Of a stretch of DNA of 64,000 bases, positions 10,952-20,910 are shown piece after piece. Origin of the DNA: Acidimicrobiaceae bacterium. Its GTDB lineage: Bacteria > Actinomycetota > Acidimicrobiia > Acidimicrobiales > Aldehydirespiratoraceae. A model generated the notes under the pieces. That model saw only the letters and a list, made by a program, of their open reading frames with translations, did not search any database and had not been told where the DNA came from. The position numbers and the translations under genes were made by a program. Each line of letters opens with the position of its first letter. The first letter of the stretch is position 1. Location: positions 39,168-103,167 of the forward strand of contig JAPPJC010000049.1 of assembly GCA_028820455.1 (NCBI GenBank), given 5' to 3'.

Positions 10952-11881
10952 ATGACTCCTCCTGAAGATGTCACATCCAAAGAATATGACGTGTGCTCTT
11001 ATAATCCACCCGCACCTCCTCAAGGGACAAACCTAGTGGCGAATTATCCAAGCCATACTTTTCCGTCAGTTGGTAGCGGCTCAGTTGAAGTAAAGTTCCG
11101 GTACTCTTCGACATATAATTCGCAAGATTGGGCGGAGCAGAAGAAGATTAATCTAGATGCTTCTATGGAGCCTCTTTTGGATAGTTTTGCTAACAATATG
11201 AGTTACTTTTCTAGACTATATGGAAATAATGGTTATGGAAACATATCTTGGATTGGTCATATCGGTGGTGCACCCGGTACTCGCAGGTATACCTATCATA
11301 ATGTTGGTAGAGCACTTGATGTTACTTGGATTCAATGGACTGGTGGTAATGCGTCTAATCCACAGGTCGCTGAAAGCGAGGTATTTGACTCGAATGGCCA
11401 CTGGAGGCCAACGACTCATCGACGTTTGGTAGCTGTGGAAGCTGGATTACGGAAATGGTTCGGCTATGTATTGAACCGCTACATCGGTTGTATTCTTCCA
11501 CCTACGGAATGTAATGGGGAGCCTCTAGAGGGCCCGAGGAGTTCTCATCATAATCATTTTCATGTTGATAACGGGTGTCCTGTAGCTTTGAGAGTGGATC
11601 GAGAATCACGAATAAGATTAGATCGGACTATTCGGTCTTGTCATTATTTCATACAAGATTGTATTAACGCCTTCACAGATGTGGACGTGGACTATGACGG
11701 GACGTGGGACGCGCAAACAGATAGAGCCTATGAACACTTGTTATCCGATCTAGGGATGGAATGTTTGAATCCGATCAAGTTTATTAACCATTATATGTTG
11801 TTTTTGGATTATATCATGATGCATGGATTTGCGGATAAACCTGCTGGCACTTTTCGTTGGGGTGACAAAGCAATTTTATAA
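10952..11881 (+). CDS. Family B paralog B3 (LAS/M15-like peptidase)
   Basis: 309 aa. YHNVGRALD (H-x6-D), SHHNHFHVDNGCPVALR, YDGTWDAQTDRAYEHLLSDLG, HYMLFLDYIMMHGFADKPAGTFRWGD. No signal peptide. Confidence 0.85.
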   Translation: MTPPEDVTSKEYDVCSYNPPAPPQGTNLVANYPSHTFPSVGSGSVEVKFRYSSTYNSQDWAEQKKINLDASMEPLLDSFANNMSYFSRLYGNNGYGNISWIGHIGGAPGTRRYTYHNVGRALDVTWIQWTGGNASNPQVAESEVFDSNGHWRPTTHRRLVAVEAGLRKWFGYVLNRYIGCILPPTECNGEPLEGPRSSHHNHFHVDNGCPVALRVDRESRIRLDRTIRSCHYFIQDCINAFTDVDVDYDGTWDAQTDRAYEHLLSDLGMECLNPIKFINHYMLFLDYIMMHGFADKPAGTFRWGDKAIL

Positions 11882-11957
11882 ACGTAACCGGATTCGTGAG
11901 GGTGGAAACCCCGATGTCACACCACCAAAGTACATGTAGGATTGTAAGCTGGTTCGT

Positions 11958-12725
11958 ATGGGTAGACGTCGATACCGTATCGCACATCTCATTACTAGTG
12001 TCGTTGTCTACGTTGTGGTTGTAGTTTCTAGTGTAGTTGTTACATATGCAGCTGATTCGTCTTATACGCACAAATCGACATTGCAAGCACCGAGTTTGCC
12101 TTTTAGGGGGGTAATCGGCTACTACGATGGCACCGCCCCCGTCGCCTCCTACGACGTGGTCCCGTCAGTGGATCCGTATCCCCATCCAGGATTCGGTTTG
12201 CAATACTGGAATGCTAATGACCTATCTAGCACTTATGTCCCTCTAGGTGTTGATCATATGATTTGTGGTGGACATATCGAGGCCAGTTTCGATAGGCTCA
12301 AAGTCACATTCGTTGATTACAGATCTCTGGGTTATGTGATATTCCAGGTTCCGTGGGGCGATGACGCATATCCAATGTTCATTTCTGATCCCCCTGGTTG
12401 GCTCCCACCACCTACCGTACTTGGAGCAAGGGTGTCTGGCACGGACGGACACCACTACGGCTTTCATTATATTCCCGAAGAACCGGCATGCTCTGCGCAC
12501 AAAACCTACGTGGTAGACGGCATTACCGGAAAGTTAATCACTTGCGGCTGGAACCGTTTAGGCCCCATTTTAGTGAACTTTGATGAATCCTACGAACCCT
12601 CTAGCAGTATCAAGGACCCAGAGTTTCTGGTAACAAACCTACCCGAAGTCTACGATGATTCTTGCGATCGGTTCTTAGATTTGCGAGACTTGCCGCATAA
12701 CACGACGGGCGACTCCGCAGAATAA
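11958..12725 (+). CDS. Family C paralog C5 (short subtype)
   Basis: 255 aa. TM segment ITSVVVYVVVVVSSVVV. SLPFRGVIGY, LQYWNAN, VPWGDDAYP, GTDGHHYG, ITGKLITCGW. Confidence 0.8.
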   Translation: MGRRRYRIAHLITSVVVYVVVVVSSVVVTYAADSSYTHKSTLQAPSLPFRGVIGYYDGTAPVASYDVVPSVDPYPHPGFGLQYWNANDLSSTYVPLGVDHMICGGHIEASFDRLKVTFVDYRSLGYVIFQVPWGDDAYPMFISDPPGWLPPPTVLGARVSGTDGHHYGFHYIPEEPACSAHKTYVVDGITGKLITCGWNRLGPILVNFDESYEPSSSIKDPEFLVTNLPEVYDDSCDRFLDLRDLPHNTTGDSAE

Positions 12726-12803
12726 CACCTTCAAATATGCCAAGGGAAGGCTTGAACAACATAGCGTCTATAGCGGATTCTCAACACAGCAACCACAGAT
12801 CGG

Positions 12804-12960
12804 ATGTGCTCCCCCCCCCCCACTGATTGTAGGGCGAAGAAACAGTCACTGGAGGCTCCGAACAGTTCACATAAAAATCATTTTCATGTTGACGATGGGT
12901 GTCCAATTGCTTTGAGGGTGAAGCGGCGATCGAGAACGTTGCTAGAGTGTCAGGTGGGTT
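12804..12960 (+). pseudogene. Family B internal fragment (HxH region only)
   Basis: Reads PPPTDCRAKKQSLEAPNSSHKNHFHVDDGCPIALRVKRRSR, matching the PPTECNGEPLEGPRSSHHNHFHVDNGCPVALRV region of B3. The 5' boundary coincides with poly-C 12811-12821. Confidence 0.7.
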
Positions 12961-13464
12961 ATGATACGCTGTGGGAGAATATTAGTTGCTGTATTGTTGA
13001 TGATCCTTGCAACTATCAGTGCAGTCGGCTCTGAGGTTGGCTTAGAGGTTAACTCAGCAGCCAACATTAGCGTAGACGGCAAGCTAGTTCGTGGTATGCT
13101 TCTAGCTTCTGTGTCGACAACTGGCACGAGTGTAGACGGCAATGCGCAAGAACTAGAAGCTCTCAATGCGGTACAGGCGACGATCTCGTCTTTCGCGCCG
13201 GGCTTGACGAAGAACGTATCAATCGAAAGAAATGGACAAGCACCAGATTGGCCTTTCAGTGGTGTGATCAACTACGGACATTCTCTACAGTACTGGAACA
13301 TCGAAACAGGTCTTTTCAGTGAAGTGTCGCTAGGTAACAGCTCACTTTCATCAGGATGCAGTCCTGCATTATACGCGAACGATCGCTACTCTGAGGTTCA
13401 CTTTACAGGCGCACCAGATACGGTATTTCGAATACAGTCTTCAACAACCACCACAAACACATAA
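12961..13464 (+). pseudogene. Family C paralog C6, truncated (167 aa)
   Basis: Has the signal/TM segment (ILVAVLLMILATISAV), APDWPFSGVINYG and LQYWNIETG. It then diverges and stops, and lacks the VPWGD, GTDG and TGE..CG modules. Confidence 0.55.
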
Positions 13465-13507
13465 TACCTGAGAAATCCTAAGTCGTCGCCAAACGAGGAG
13501 CCGGGAT

Positions 13508-13674
13508 AGGTTGGTTCAACTCTTGGTAATCTTGAGGCTACCGCGGATTTAGAACTGAGGAACCTAGGTGTGGTTGGTTCAACCCTGGGGAATCTTTAGA
13601 GCACTGATGTCCAGCGGAGCCTGTTCGCAGTGATCGTTGATCCGGTCTGTGGCCGTCTCAGGAACTGAATTGAT
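13508..13674 (-). pseudogene. Two nested 3'-end remnants of a minus-strand family C gene
   Basis: Reverse strand 13674->13579 reads INSVPETATDRINDHCEQAPLDISALKIPQG*, compared with C4's IAFPETVTDWDNDQCNQAPLDISGLKIPNS*. A second short copy (LKITKS*) lies at 13508-13545. The flank resembles 9270-9330. Confidence 0.7.
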
Positions 13675-13828
13675 TGGGCAGCACCTTCGTTGCAACCGGA
13701 CCAACAGAACACTCCCCAATTGGCTATGAGTCGTGCTTCAATCGCATCACTTATTGCAGGATTGTGGTGCACGGGCTTGCCGGTAGAGTAAGTTATATGG
13801 TAAGCAAGAGTTATGAGTCTAGCCCGTT

Positions 13829-15217
13829 GTGGTGTGGTGGGTGGTTCTGGGTTTGCGTATAGGTTATTTGCTGGTTGTCATTGTAGGGTTTGTTGCAGTT
13901 ATAGGTGGCGCAGTCCTTGACATTGATGCAATACTGCAACCATCAGGAAGTTCTGGGGTTGATATTAGCGTACTACCACAGTCGCTGGGAGAACCTGAAG
14001 TTAGTCTGAACGCACCGCCGCAATTACTTTTGGGTAGTTCTAGGGTTGACTCGCAAGCGGGTTTGGGAGTTGTGGTGGGGTTCTCGGATAGCACCGATAG
14101 CGGGATTTCTGCCGAGGAGAACGATCCCGCGGTTGCGAGTGAAGGTTTGGCACCGGTTTGGCCTTTTCGTGGGATCATAGATTTCGGAAGGGCCGAAGAT
14201 GGTGAGTTTGTGTTACGGTTTTGGAACACTGAATCTGGTAGGATACATGATGTGCAGCTAGGGGCTGTGTTGGAGGGCGAACCGTGCTGGCATTCTACTT
14301 CTGCTTATTCTTCGCACTACGATTTTCGTGATCACGGCTCCGATATTTATGGTTATGCTTTGTATGCTACTGAGGAGTTCGTGCTGACACAGTTCGGTGA
14401 TAGCAGCTTACCAGTAGATAGTCATACTAGGTGGTCGGTTGTTGTTCCATGGGACGATCAGGCTTACCCGGTTGCGTGGCCTGAGGTTCTAGTGGGGTCT
14501 GAGTTTGGGTTAGGACAGCTACCACTGAGTGAGAACAACCCATCAAGCGGTAGACAGCGCGGGTTTGGATTGGGACAGTTGCCACTGGGTGAGGGTTTTG
14601 AGATGTCTTATATAGCCAACGGGCATTTCAACCCTAAAGGTGTGATAAGTGTTACCACACCAGATGGGCAGGCCTACTACGACTGGGATGCAGAGTTCTT
14701 GGATTATGATCTTTATACGGATGAATATCCTAAGGAGATCGATGCGGAAGTTAATTCTGAGTGTGAAAGAATCTACGTGGAAACCCTTATTGGTATTGAG
14801 TTGGAGTTGGGTGAACCGCCTCCTAATCCTGTTGATTATTCTCAGTTCTCGTCTAGTGATGATCCCTACGAACACGATGATTACAATGAGTGGTTGAGAG
14901 GTGCTCCTAAGGCTCGGTTTGACGGCACTGATGGCTATCATTACGGCTTCACGATCATTTTTCCAAGTTGGGAGGCTGGTCCAGGCGTTTCGCAGCCGTG
15001 GAGTTTTGTTGTTGCTGGTGATACTGGTGAAGTTATCGCCTGCCGTAAAATGGACGGTGCTGCTGGGCCTTTGCTGGTGAAACCTGAGGACTGGCCGGGT
15101 CTTATTGATCGTTTTGTGCCTCCTGAAGTGTTTTCAGGTTCGGTGTTTTCAGGTTCAACGCTTTCTGGTTCAGGCTGTGCTAGTGCTGGCGAGTTGCTCA
15201 ATCTGCCATCTGGGTGA
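13829..15217 (+). CDS. Family C paralog C7 (long subtype)
   Basis: 462 aa. TM segment IGYLLVVIVGFVAVIGGAVL. APVWPFRGII, VPWDDQAYP, GTDGYHYG, AGDTGEVIAC. C-terminal VFSGSVFSGSTLSGS repeats. Confidence 0.8.
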   Translation: MVWWVVLGLRIGYLLVVIVGFVAVIGGAVLDIDAILQPSGSSGVDISVLPQSLGEPEVSLNAPPQLLLGSSRVDSQAGLGVVVGFSDSTDSGISAEENDPAVASEGLAPVWPFRGIIDFGRAEDGEFVLRFWNTESGRIHDVQLGAVLEGEPCWHSTSAYSSHYDFRDHGSDIYGYALYATEEFVLTQFGDSSLPVDSHTRWSVVVPWDDQAYPVAWPEVLVGSEFGLGQLPLSENNPSSGRQRGFGLGQLPLGEGFEMSYIANGHFNPKGVISVTTPDGQAYYDWDAEFLDYDLYTDEYPKEIDAEVNSECERIYVETLIGIELELGEPPPNPVDYSQFSSSDDPYEHDDYNEWLRGAPKARFDGTDGYHYGFTIIFPSWEAGPGVSQPWSFVVAGDTGEVIACRKMDGAAGPLLVKPEDWPGLIDRFVPPEVFSGSVFSGSTLSGSGCASAGELLNLPSG

Positions 15218-15380
15218 AGGGTGATGGTACGCTTAATTCTGCTGGTGGTGCCTTCTCAGGTGCTGTTTGATGTCTAGTATTGTTGCATCGGAAGATGCGC
15301 AGTTCTTAATGTTTCTTAATGTTGGCATTGCCAGCACATTTGGGATTTGAACGTTGATGTAAACAGCGCGGGGTTGGATC

Positions 15381-16376
15381 TTGGTTGCCGTGTTCACCGG
15401 TTTGCAAAGATTGGCTAAGACAGAAAGGGATGATATTTTGGCAGGATGTTTGGATACTCCAAGTTATGAAGAACGCTATCAGTCAGACCATCCCAGCTTG
15501 ACCAGTATATTCTCTGCGGGAAACGACAATCTGACAGTCAACTTTCGACGGGTGAAAGACTGGGGCGACACGAATCCCTGCAATCTTGAGAGAACAGATC
15601 TGACACCTGCTCAGGAGCAAGATATAACACTTGCCCGCAGGGAAGGAAGACAGGTGTCTTTGTTCGGTAGGCTATACCATGCGGGTTATAAGTTTACGAT
15701 TCATCGTGATATGGTGGTGCCGCTGAATGGTGCTGTTGTGACTATCGACTATTTTGCTCGGGTTTATGGTGACAACTATGGAAGACTCAAAGTGATCGGC
15801 CAGGGTGGAACATTACGAGACATTATGACCGGTCCTAGTTTTCATTATCATGGTAAGGCTATCGATATTTGGTGGGTGGGTTGGGAGAACCAGCAGCAGG
15901 GTGGGTCTGTGGTGCATACTGCTGCGCGTCCGTGTAATGGTGCGGATGAGGTGTCTTCAGGTTTGACAGCTCACCGTCGTCTTGTTGCGGTGGAAGCGGG
16001 CTTGCGCAAATAGTTCGGCATTGTGCTCAACCGAAACATCAGAGATCACGGTGATCATTTTCATGTCGATATTGGCTGTCCTGTAGCGTTGAGAGTCAAA
16101 ACCGCAGACAACCCAGGTGGTCACACAGCAGCCAATTTTTTCCTACAGGATTGCATTAACGCGTTCACGGATATGGAAGTAGACTATAACGGTAAATGGA
16201 ACAGTAAGTCGAAACGTGGTTTTAAGACTTTGTTGTCTGATTTGGGTATGGAGTGCTTGGACCCGACTACATGCATCAACCACTATATGCTGTTCCTTGA
16301 TTATATTATGATGCACGGTTTTGCTGACAAACCCGCGGGTAAATACCGGTGGGGTGACAGTGCGCTGGCACTGTGA
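15381..16376 (+). pseudogene. Family B paralog B4, in-frame nonsense codon
   Basis: ORFs 15381..16013 and 16023..16376 share one frame, split by TAG 16011-16013 where other copies have TGG (GLRKWFG). FHYHGKAID and GDHFHVDIGC are present. Confidence 0.75.
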
Positions 16377-16480
16377 TGGTATAAGCTCCAGTGGTGTTTA
16401 CATGGGAGGATCCTTTTACACGGAGCATCATGATGGATGGTTGGTTATACCACTTGAAGTGACGGGGTTGGTGGTTTGTA

Positions 16481-17275
16481 ATGCGCTTAGGTGTTTTATT
16501 GGTTGTTGTGTGCTTGTCGGCCGGTTTAGCTTCGGTTAGCACCTGGACTTACAGCGGTGCTGCTGTTTCTGCCTTGTATGGTGGTTTGATCTTGGTGACT
16601 TCCGGTGATAGTGCTAACGGAGATTTCCCGGAGGGGGTGGAGGTGCTACCCGCACCGGATTTACTTTGGGAGGCAGCTCCGGTCTGGCCGTTCCGGGGTA
16701 TGGTTGGATTCTACGGCGGTGCTGTCGGTTTTGATTGGGTGTACGATCGTGGTGGTGGGTTCGGTTTGCAGTATAGGGACACTGATGGTGCTTCAATCAC
16801 AGCTGTAAAGATGGGTCCTGGAGACAGTCACGGTATGTGTGGGCCCGGGCAGATGTACGCTGGCGAGGATGGAGTAGAGATTGAATACATAAGATATCAC
16901 GTGTTCGGGGGAGTTGATCGTGTTCGTTTTATGGTGCCGTGGGGTGACTATGCGTACCCGCAGTTCTTACCCACTGAGAATGTTCGTCGGGTATCATCTA
17001 CCAAAGCTGGCACTGATGGAACCCACTACGGCTTCCGCTTCATACCAGATGAACCAGCATGTGGGCCGCAAATAACCTATATCGTTTTTGCTGAAACAGG
17101 AGATTTGCGTGACTGTGGCTGGGCCAATTTGGGGCCAGTGCTGGTAACACCAGAGGATATCTCGAACACAGAGTCAGAACCCGAACTCTCTCCAACAGTG
17201 TTAGAAGATAATCTATCGCACTGTAGCGACAAGGCCCTAGACCTACGTGACCTATCCAAACATAAAAAACAATAA
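16481..17275 (+). CDS. Family C paralog C8 (short subtype)
   Basis: 264 aa. Signal MRLGVLLVVVCLSAGLASV. APVWPFRGMV, LQYRDTDG, VPWGDYAYP, GTDGTHYG, ETGDLRDCGW. Confidence 0.8.
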   Translation: MRLGVLLVVVCLSAGLASVSTWTYSGAAVSALYGGLILVTSGDSANGDFPEGVEVLPAPDLLWEAAPVWPFRGMVGFYGGAVGFDWVYDRGGGFGLQYRDTDGASITAVKMGPGDSHGMCGPGQMYAGEDGVEIEYIRYHVFGGVDRVRFMVPWGDYAYPQFLPTENVRRVSSTKAGTDGTHYGFRFIPDEPACGPQITYIVFAETGDLRDCGWANLGPVLVTPEDISNTESEPELSPTVLEDNLSHCSDKALDLRDLSKHKKQ

Positions 17276-17568
17276 TGAGCACACTCGCTGGCATCAGTAC
17301 ACCAACACCGCATGTCGCGCGAATGCTGCCACAACTACCTGAAGACACCAAAGAGGTCGGTGGTGGTATCGCATGCCGCGCGAATGCTGCCACAACATGA
17401 CAACGCTCGTTCTTAGCTGTAAGGTTGCATTTGCCGGTCACTCCATCGGTTCCAGGCAGGACTCTGTGGTGAACAGAACAAAACCGCGGGCGGAATTGTG
17501 ATAGGCAAAACCGTGGAGAACAGAAGTAGGTATTGGAGGTGAGTGGATTGTTGTTTGAAAGCCAGATA

Positions 17569-18648
17569 ATGCGCTGGTGTGTGCTGGTTGTGTGTGTGCT
17601 ATTGGTGTGTGTTAGTTGTGGGGGTGGTGAAGAAACCTCCGAAGAGGATCACGACCGCTCAGAGGCCACGCTCCCTCACACCCCCTCAGACGGGTCTGAA
17701 ACATCGGCTACAACAACCGCAAACACTGAGAAGCGAGACGCTGGTTTGGGGTTGACAGGTCCGGCGCGGGAGGCTACTACTTCTACGACTGAGCCACCGA
17801 GGGTTACCACGACTACGACTACTCCCAAGTTAGAGCAAGAGTACCCACTTTTTGTGGAGGGACCGGCTCCGCAGTGGCCGTTCCGGGGCATCGTGCAACT
17901 GTGGTCCTCGTCGGATTACCCTTTGGGATGGGACGATTGGGTGCTGCGGTATTGGAGCTGGGACGAATCAGCAGAGTCCTATCCTAAGGAGCTGTTACCC
18001 GCAGAAGCTCGAGAATACCTCGATCGGCGAGAAGCCCACAAAGCTGAAGCCTACTCTGAGGTACCGGTAACCGGCTTGGAGATCGAATGCTTAGGCCGGA
18101 TAATCATGGTCGTCGACACTGAGCGCGGCATTGAAATCGGTGGTATTGATGGTGCCGCGAATAGTGCGTTCCGAATCCCGTGGGGTGGTACCGCACAAAG
18201 AATTGACACACCGTCGGAGGAACTCATAGAATGGGAGCGTGAACGTCCCTCGAATGTGGCTGTGCGCGTCGAAGGTGATCAGATCCACATCGATACCGGC
18301 ACTCAGCAGCACTCTTATGCAATGCATGACCCTATCAGATCAAACGGCCCGCGCTGGGCGGCTCAAGCCCGCTATGATGGTGAACTCTTCCTGCTCATGG
18401 TGTATCCAGCGCACCTGCCCTGTTACACTGGTGTCACTTGGATATCACTAGCCGAAACCGGTGAGTTCGTCACGTGTGGTGCCAACACCGCGGCCACACT
18501 GTTTGTCGCTCCAGAACCACCCGCCGGTGAGCTGATACTACCGGATCCTGACACTATGGGAACTTATCTGTCATGCGCGCCTCAACTAAACCTCACCCAC
18601 CTTCCATTCACGCAAGACCGACAACTTGTCACTGGTTTGTCTCGTTGA
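17569..18648 (+). CDS. Family A paralog A4 (predicted lipoprotein)
   Basis: ORF 17533..18648. ATG 17569 gives MRWCVLVVCVLLVCVSCGGG. Thr-rich linker. APQWPFRGIVQLW, RYWSWD, HLPCYTGVTW, TCGAN. Confidence 0.8.
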   Translation: MRWCVLVVCVLLVCVSCGGGEETSEEDHDRSEATLPHTPSDGSETSATTTANTEKRDAGLGLTGPAREATTSTTEPPRVTTTTTTPKLEQEYPLFVEGPAPQWPFRGIVQLWSSSDYPLGWDDWVLRYWSWDESAESYPKELLPAEAREYLDRREAHKAEAYSEVPVTGLEIECLGRIIMVVDTERGIEIGGIDGAANSAFRIPWGGTAQRIDTPSEELIEWERERPSNVAVRVEGDQIHIDTGTQQHSYAMHDPIRSNGPRWAAQARYDGELFLLMVYPAHLPCYTGVTWISLAETGEFVTCGANTAATLFVAPEPPAGELILPDPDTMGTYLSCAPQLNLTHLPFTQDRQLVTGLSR

Positions 18649-19744
18649 GGTTCATGGGGGCTTCGTCGCAGCGTGTGTTCGGTTCCGTGTCGGGGAATGC
18701 GACGGCCTCAACTTGGGTTGAAGTCTCTGAGGGAGCGATCAGGAATGCGCCGCCTCTTGTCCATCCGCAGGCTACCATCTCACCTGTTTCAATGTCGAAG
18801 ATGAAGTTCCACTCCAGCGGGCATGCTGCTTCACCAACGATTCTAAGGCCCCAGTGGTATCCGTCGGTGCCGTCCAAAATAATGAAACTATCACCCTCAT
18901 CTGTAGCCTCGGGCGCGGTTTCAGGATTCGTGGGGGACAGACCGAGCGTGCTCGCAAGGTAGTACTTCTCTGAGGAACCCGATACAACCTTCACCTTGCT
19001 GGACACAATGGATATCTCGCCTGCTTGACCGAACTGCAAACGTGTCGACCGAGTATCGATTGTGTCGGTTGATCTGACAAACTGCGGGTAGGCATGATCT
19101 CCCCAAGGAACCCTAAGAATCGTCAAGTACGCACCTTCGAAGCTGAATTCCACAGCGTTGTGATCCGCGACAGGCCAACTGGGGCATCCGCCACCTCTTG
19201 AGTTGGGAGAGGCCAGCTGCACCTCACTGTAAGCGTTCGTCTCGATGTTCCAATACTGCATGACTGGGAACCCAGCATCGCTTGTCGCATAGTTCACCAC
19301 ACCCCGGAACGGCCATGGTGGTGCCGCCCCTTCAACAGAAGCCTCTAGCCCAGTTCCCTGATCCTCCATCGTTGACGCTTGATCGTTTACTGAGATATGC
19401 GCGACAGACTCGGATCTGCTTGGTGCGGCGTATCTCATGAGCGGGTGAGACTTCATACCGGCATGGGCAGAAGTAGTACGATGAAGAGCAACACCATCGG
19501 GCACGCCACCATCCGGGGGCCGGTCCAACGGTTGCGCGTTCTGCTGTAAGAGCTGATCATACCAGCGGTCGGTGTTGACTCCGGTATTGTATGAGAATTG
19601 GCTTGTATCGGTACCAGTGTCCGCTCCGTTGGCCAGCATGAAGATCAGCAAGCACAGAAATCCCAACAACCCAAACGGAAGCCCCAATCTAGTAGAGCGA
19701 CTAGGGCGACATGCTCTATACTCTCTCTTTTGGTTTGATGGCAT
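18629..19744 (-). CDS. Family C paralog C9
   Basis: 371 aa. APPWPFRGVV, MQYWNIETN, VPWGDHAYP, GTDGYHWG, ETGEMVACGW. Its 3' end overlaps convergent A4 by 20 nt. Confidence 0.8.
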   Translation of the reverse strand: MPSNQKREYRACRPSRSTRLGLPFGLLGFLCLLIFMLANGADTGTDTSQFSYNTGVNTDRWYDQLLQQNAQPLDRPPDGGVPDGVALHRTTSAHAGMKSHPLMRYAAPSRSESVAHISVNDQASTMEDQGTGLEASVEGAAPPWPFRGVVNYATSDAGFPVMQYWNIETNAYSEVQLASPNSRGGGCPSWPVADHNAVEFSFEGAYLTILRVPWGDHAYPQFVRSTDTIDTRSTRLQFGQAGEISIVSSKVKVVSGSSEKYYLASTLGLSPTNPETAPEATDEGDSFIILDGTDGYHWGLRIVGEAACPLEWNFIFDIETGEMVACGWTRGGAFLIAPSETSTQVEAVAFPDTEPNTRCDEAPMNLNETNQ

Positions 19745-19925
19745 GACGTATTTTTGATGGCATGAGGTGTTTTAGAAACTAATCCCTATGAGTCGAGAAC
19801 GAATGAGTGGTAACAGGCCCATCGCGGTAGCGTGGATGCCGACCTCCGCTAGCTCGTGATAGCCGTGCTCTAATAGCGTCTCTGGAGTAGGAGTGGTCGA
19901 CACGCTAGCTGACTTCGCGTGTAGC

Positions 19926-20846
19926 TCATGACAATGGGAGATGACTTATATCCAAAGGTCCGTTTGTGCATTGTTCGCTTGTAGCTAACTTGGGCACGAC
20001 GAAGTTGTCGACTAGGGATGGTGAACCTTCAGGGTTTATCAGCAGTGCGCCTCCCCTGGCCCATCCGCATGCCACTACCTCGCCAGTATCACCAGCAACT
20101 ATGAAACCATCCTCCCATGGACAGGTTGGCTCGGCATGAATAATCCGCCAACCATAATGAAAACCGTCGGTACCATCTAACACGACAACAGGGTTCATTA
20201 TGCCATCAGTATCCCAGTCAGGCGCAACTGGTAGTTCTTGAGGCGTGCTGACTAAAGGAGCGAACTCTTGAAGATTATCTCTGTAATATCTTTCCTGTTG
20301 TGATGTAGCGATATGGAGCCAACCATTGACAAAATCTGCTGATATCGTCTCATCACCGACCGACACTTGCCGCGACCGTGTATCCTCAATCTCCGGCCAA
20401 CCAAAATAGGGGTACGCCTCATCACCCCAAGGCACCCGCAAAATAGTTTCAAACAGGTTCGCCCAAATACCTATTTCCACGTACTCTTCATTGGCATTGG
20501 GTTGTCCAGTACACGCCTCCCATTCTAATCGCACTGTGCGAAGATTACCTGTTTCGGTATTCCAGTACTGTAATTGTCCTCTGTGGTAGCTCACTATACC
20601 ACGGAATGGCCATACTGGTGCCAGATTGTCATCATCCTTCGTGTTGTAATTATCATTTGATGTTTGCTGTGTGTCTGATGCTTCCTGCGCACTATTCCAT
20701 GCAGATGACACATTGACAAGCTGTCCGTCAATCGTCGCATCAAGAGTTGTCGGACTATGTACAATTTGGGTGGTTTTCGAACTATCAGCTACCCAAAAAA
20801 AGGTCGCAACCACCACAGAAGTAAACAAACCAACAACATATTTCAT
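19926..20846 (-). CDS. Family C paralog C10
   Basis: 306 aa. TM segment VVGLFTSVVVATFFWV. APVWPFRGIV, LQYWNTETG, VPWGDEAYP, GTDGFHYG, AGDTGEVVACGW. Confidence 0.8.
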   Translation of the reverse strand: MKYVVGLFTSVVVATFFWVADSSKTTQIVHSPTTLDATIDGQLVNVSSAWNSAQEASDTQQTSNDNYNTKDDDNLAPVWPFRGIVSYHRGQLQYWNTETGNLRTVRLEWEACTGQPNANEEYVEIGIWANLFETILRVPWGDEAYPYFGWPEIEDTRSRQVSVGDETISADFVNGWLHIATSQQERYYRDNLQEFAPLVSTPQELPVAPDWDTDGIMNPVVVLDGTDGFHYGWRIIHAEPTCPWEDGFIVAGDTGEVVACGWARGGALLINPEGSPSLVDNFVVPKLATSEQCTNGPLDISHLPLS

Positions 20847-20910
20847 TGCTGTTTTCCTGTTGGATAAGCATGAACAGCACTACACATCACTTCACACAAC
20901 CAGTGCATGG

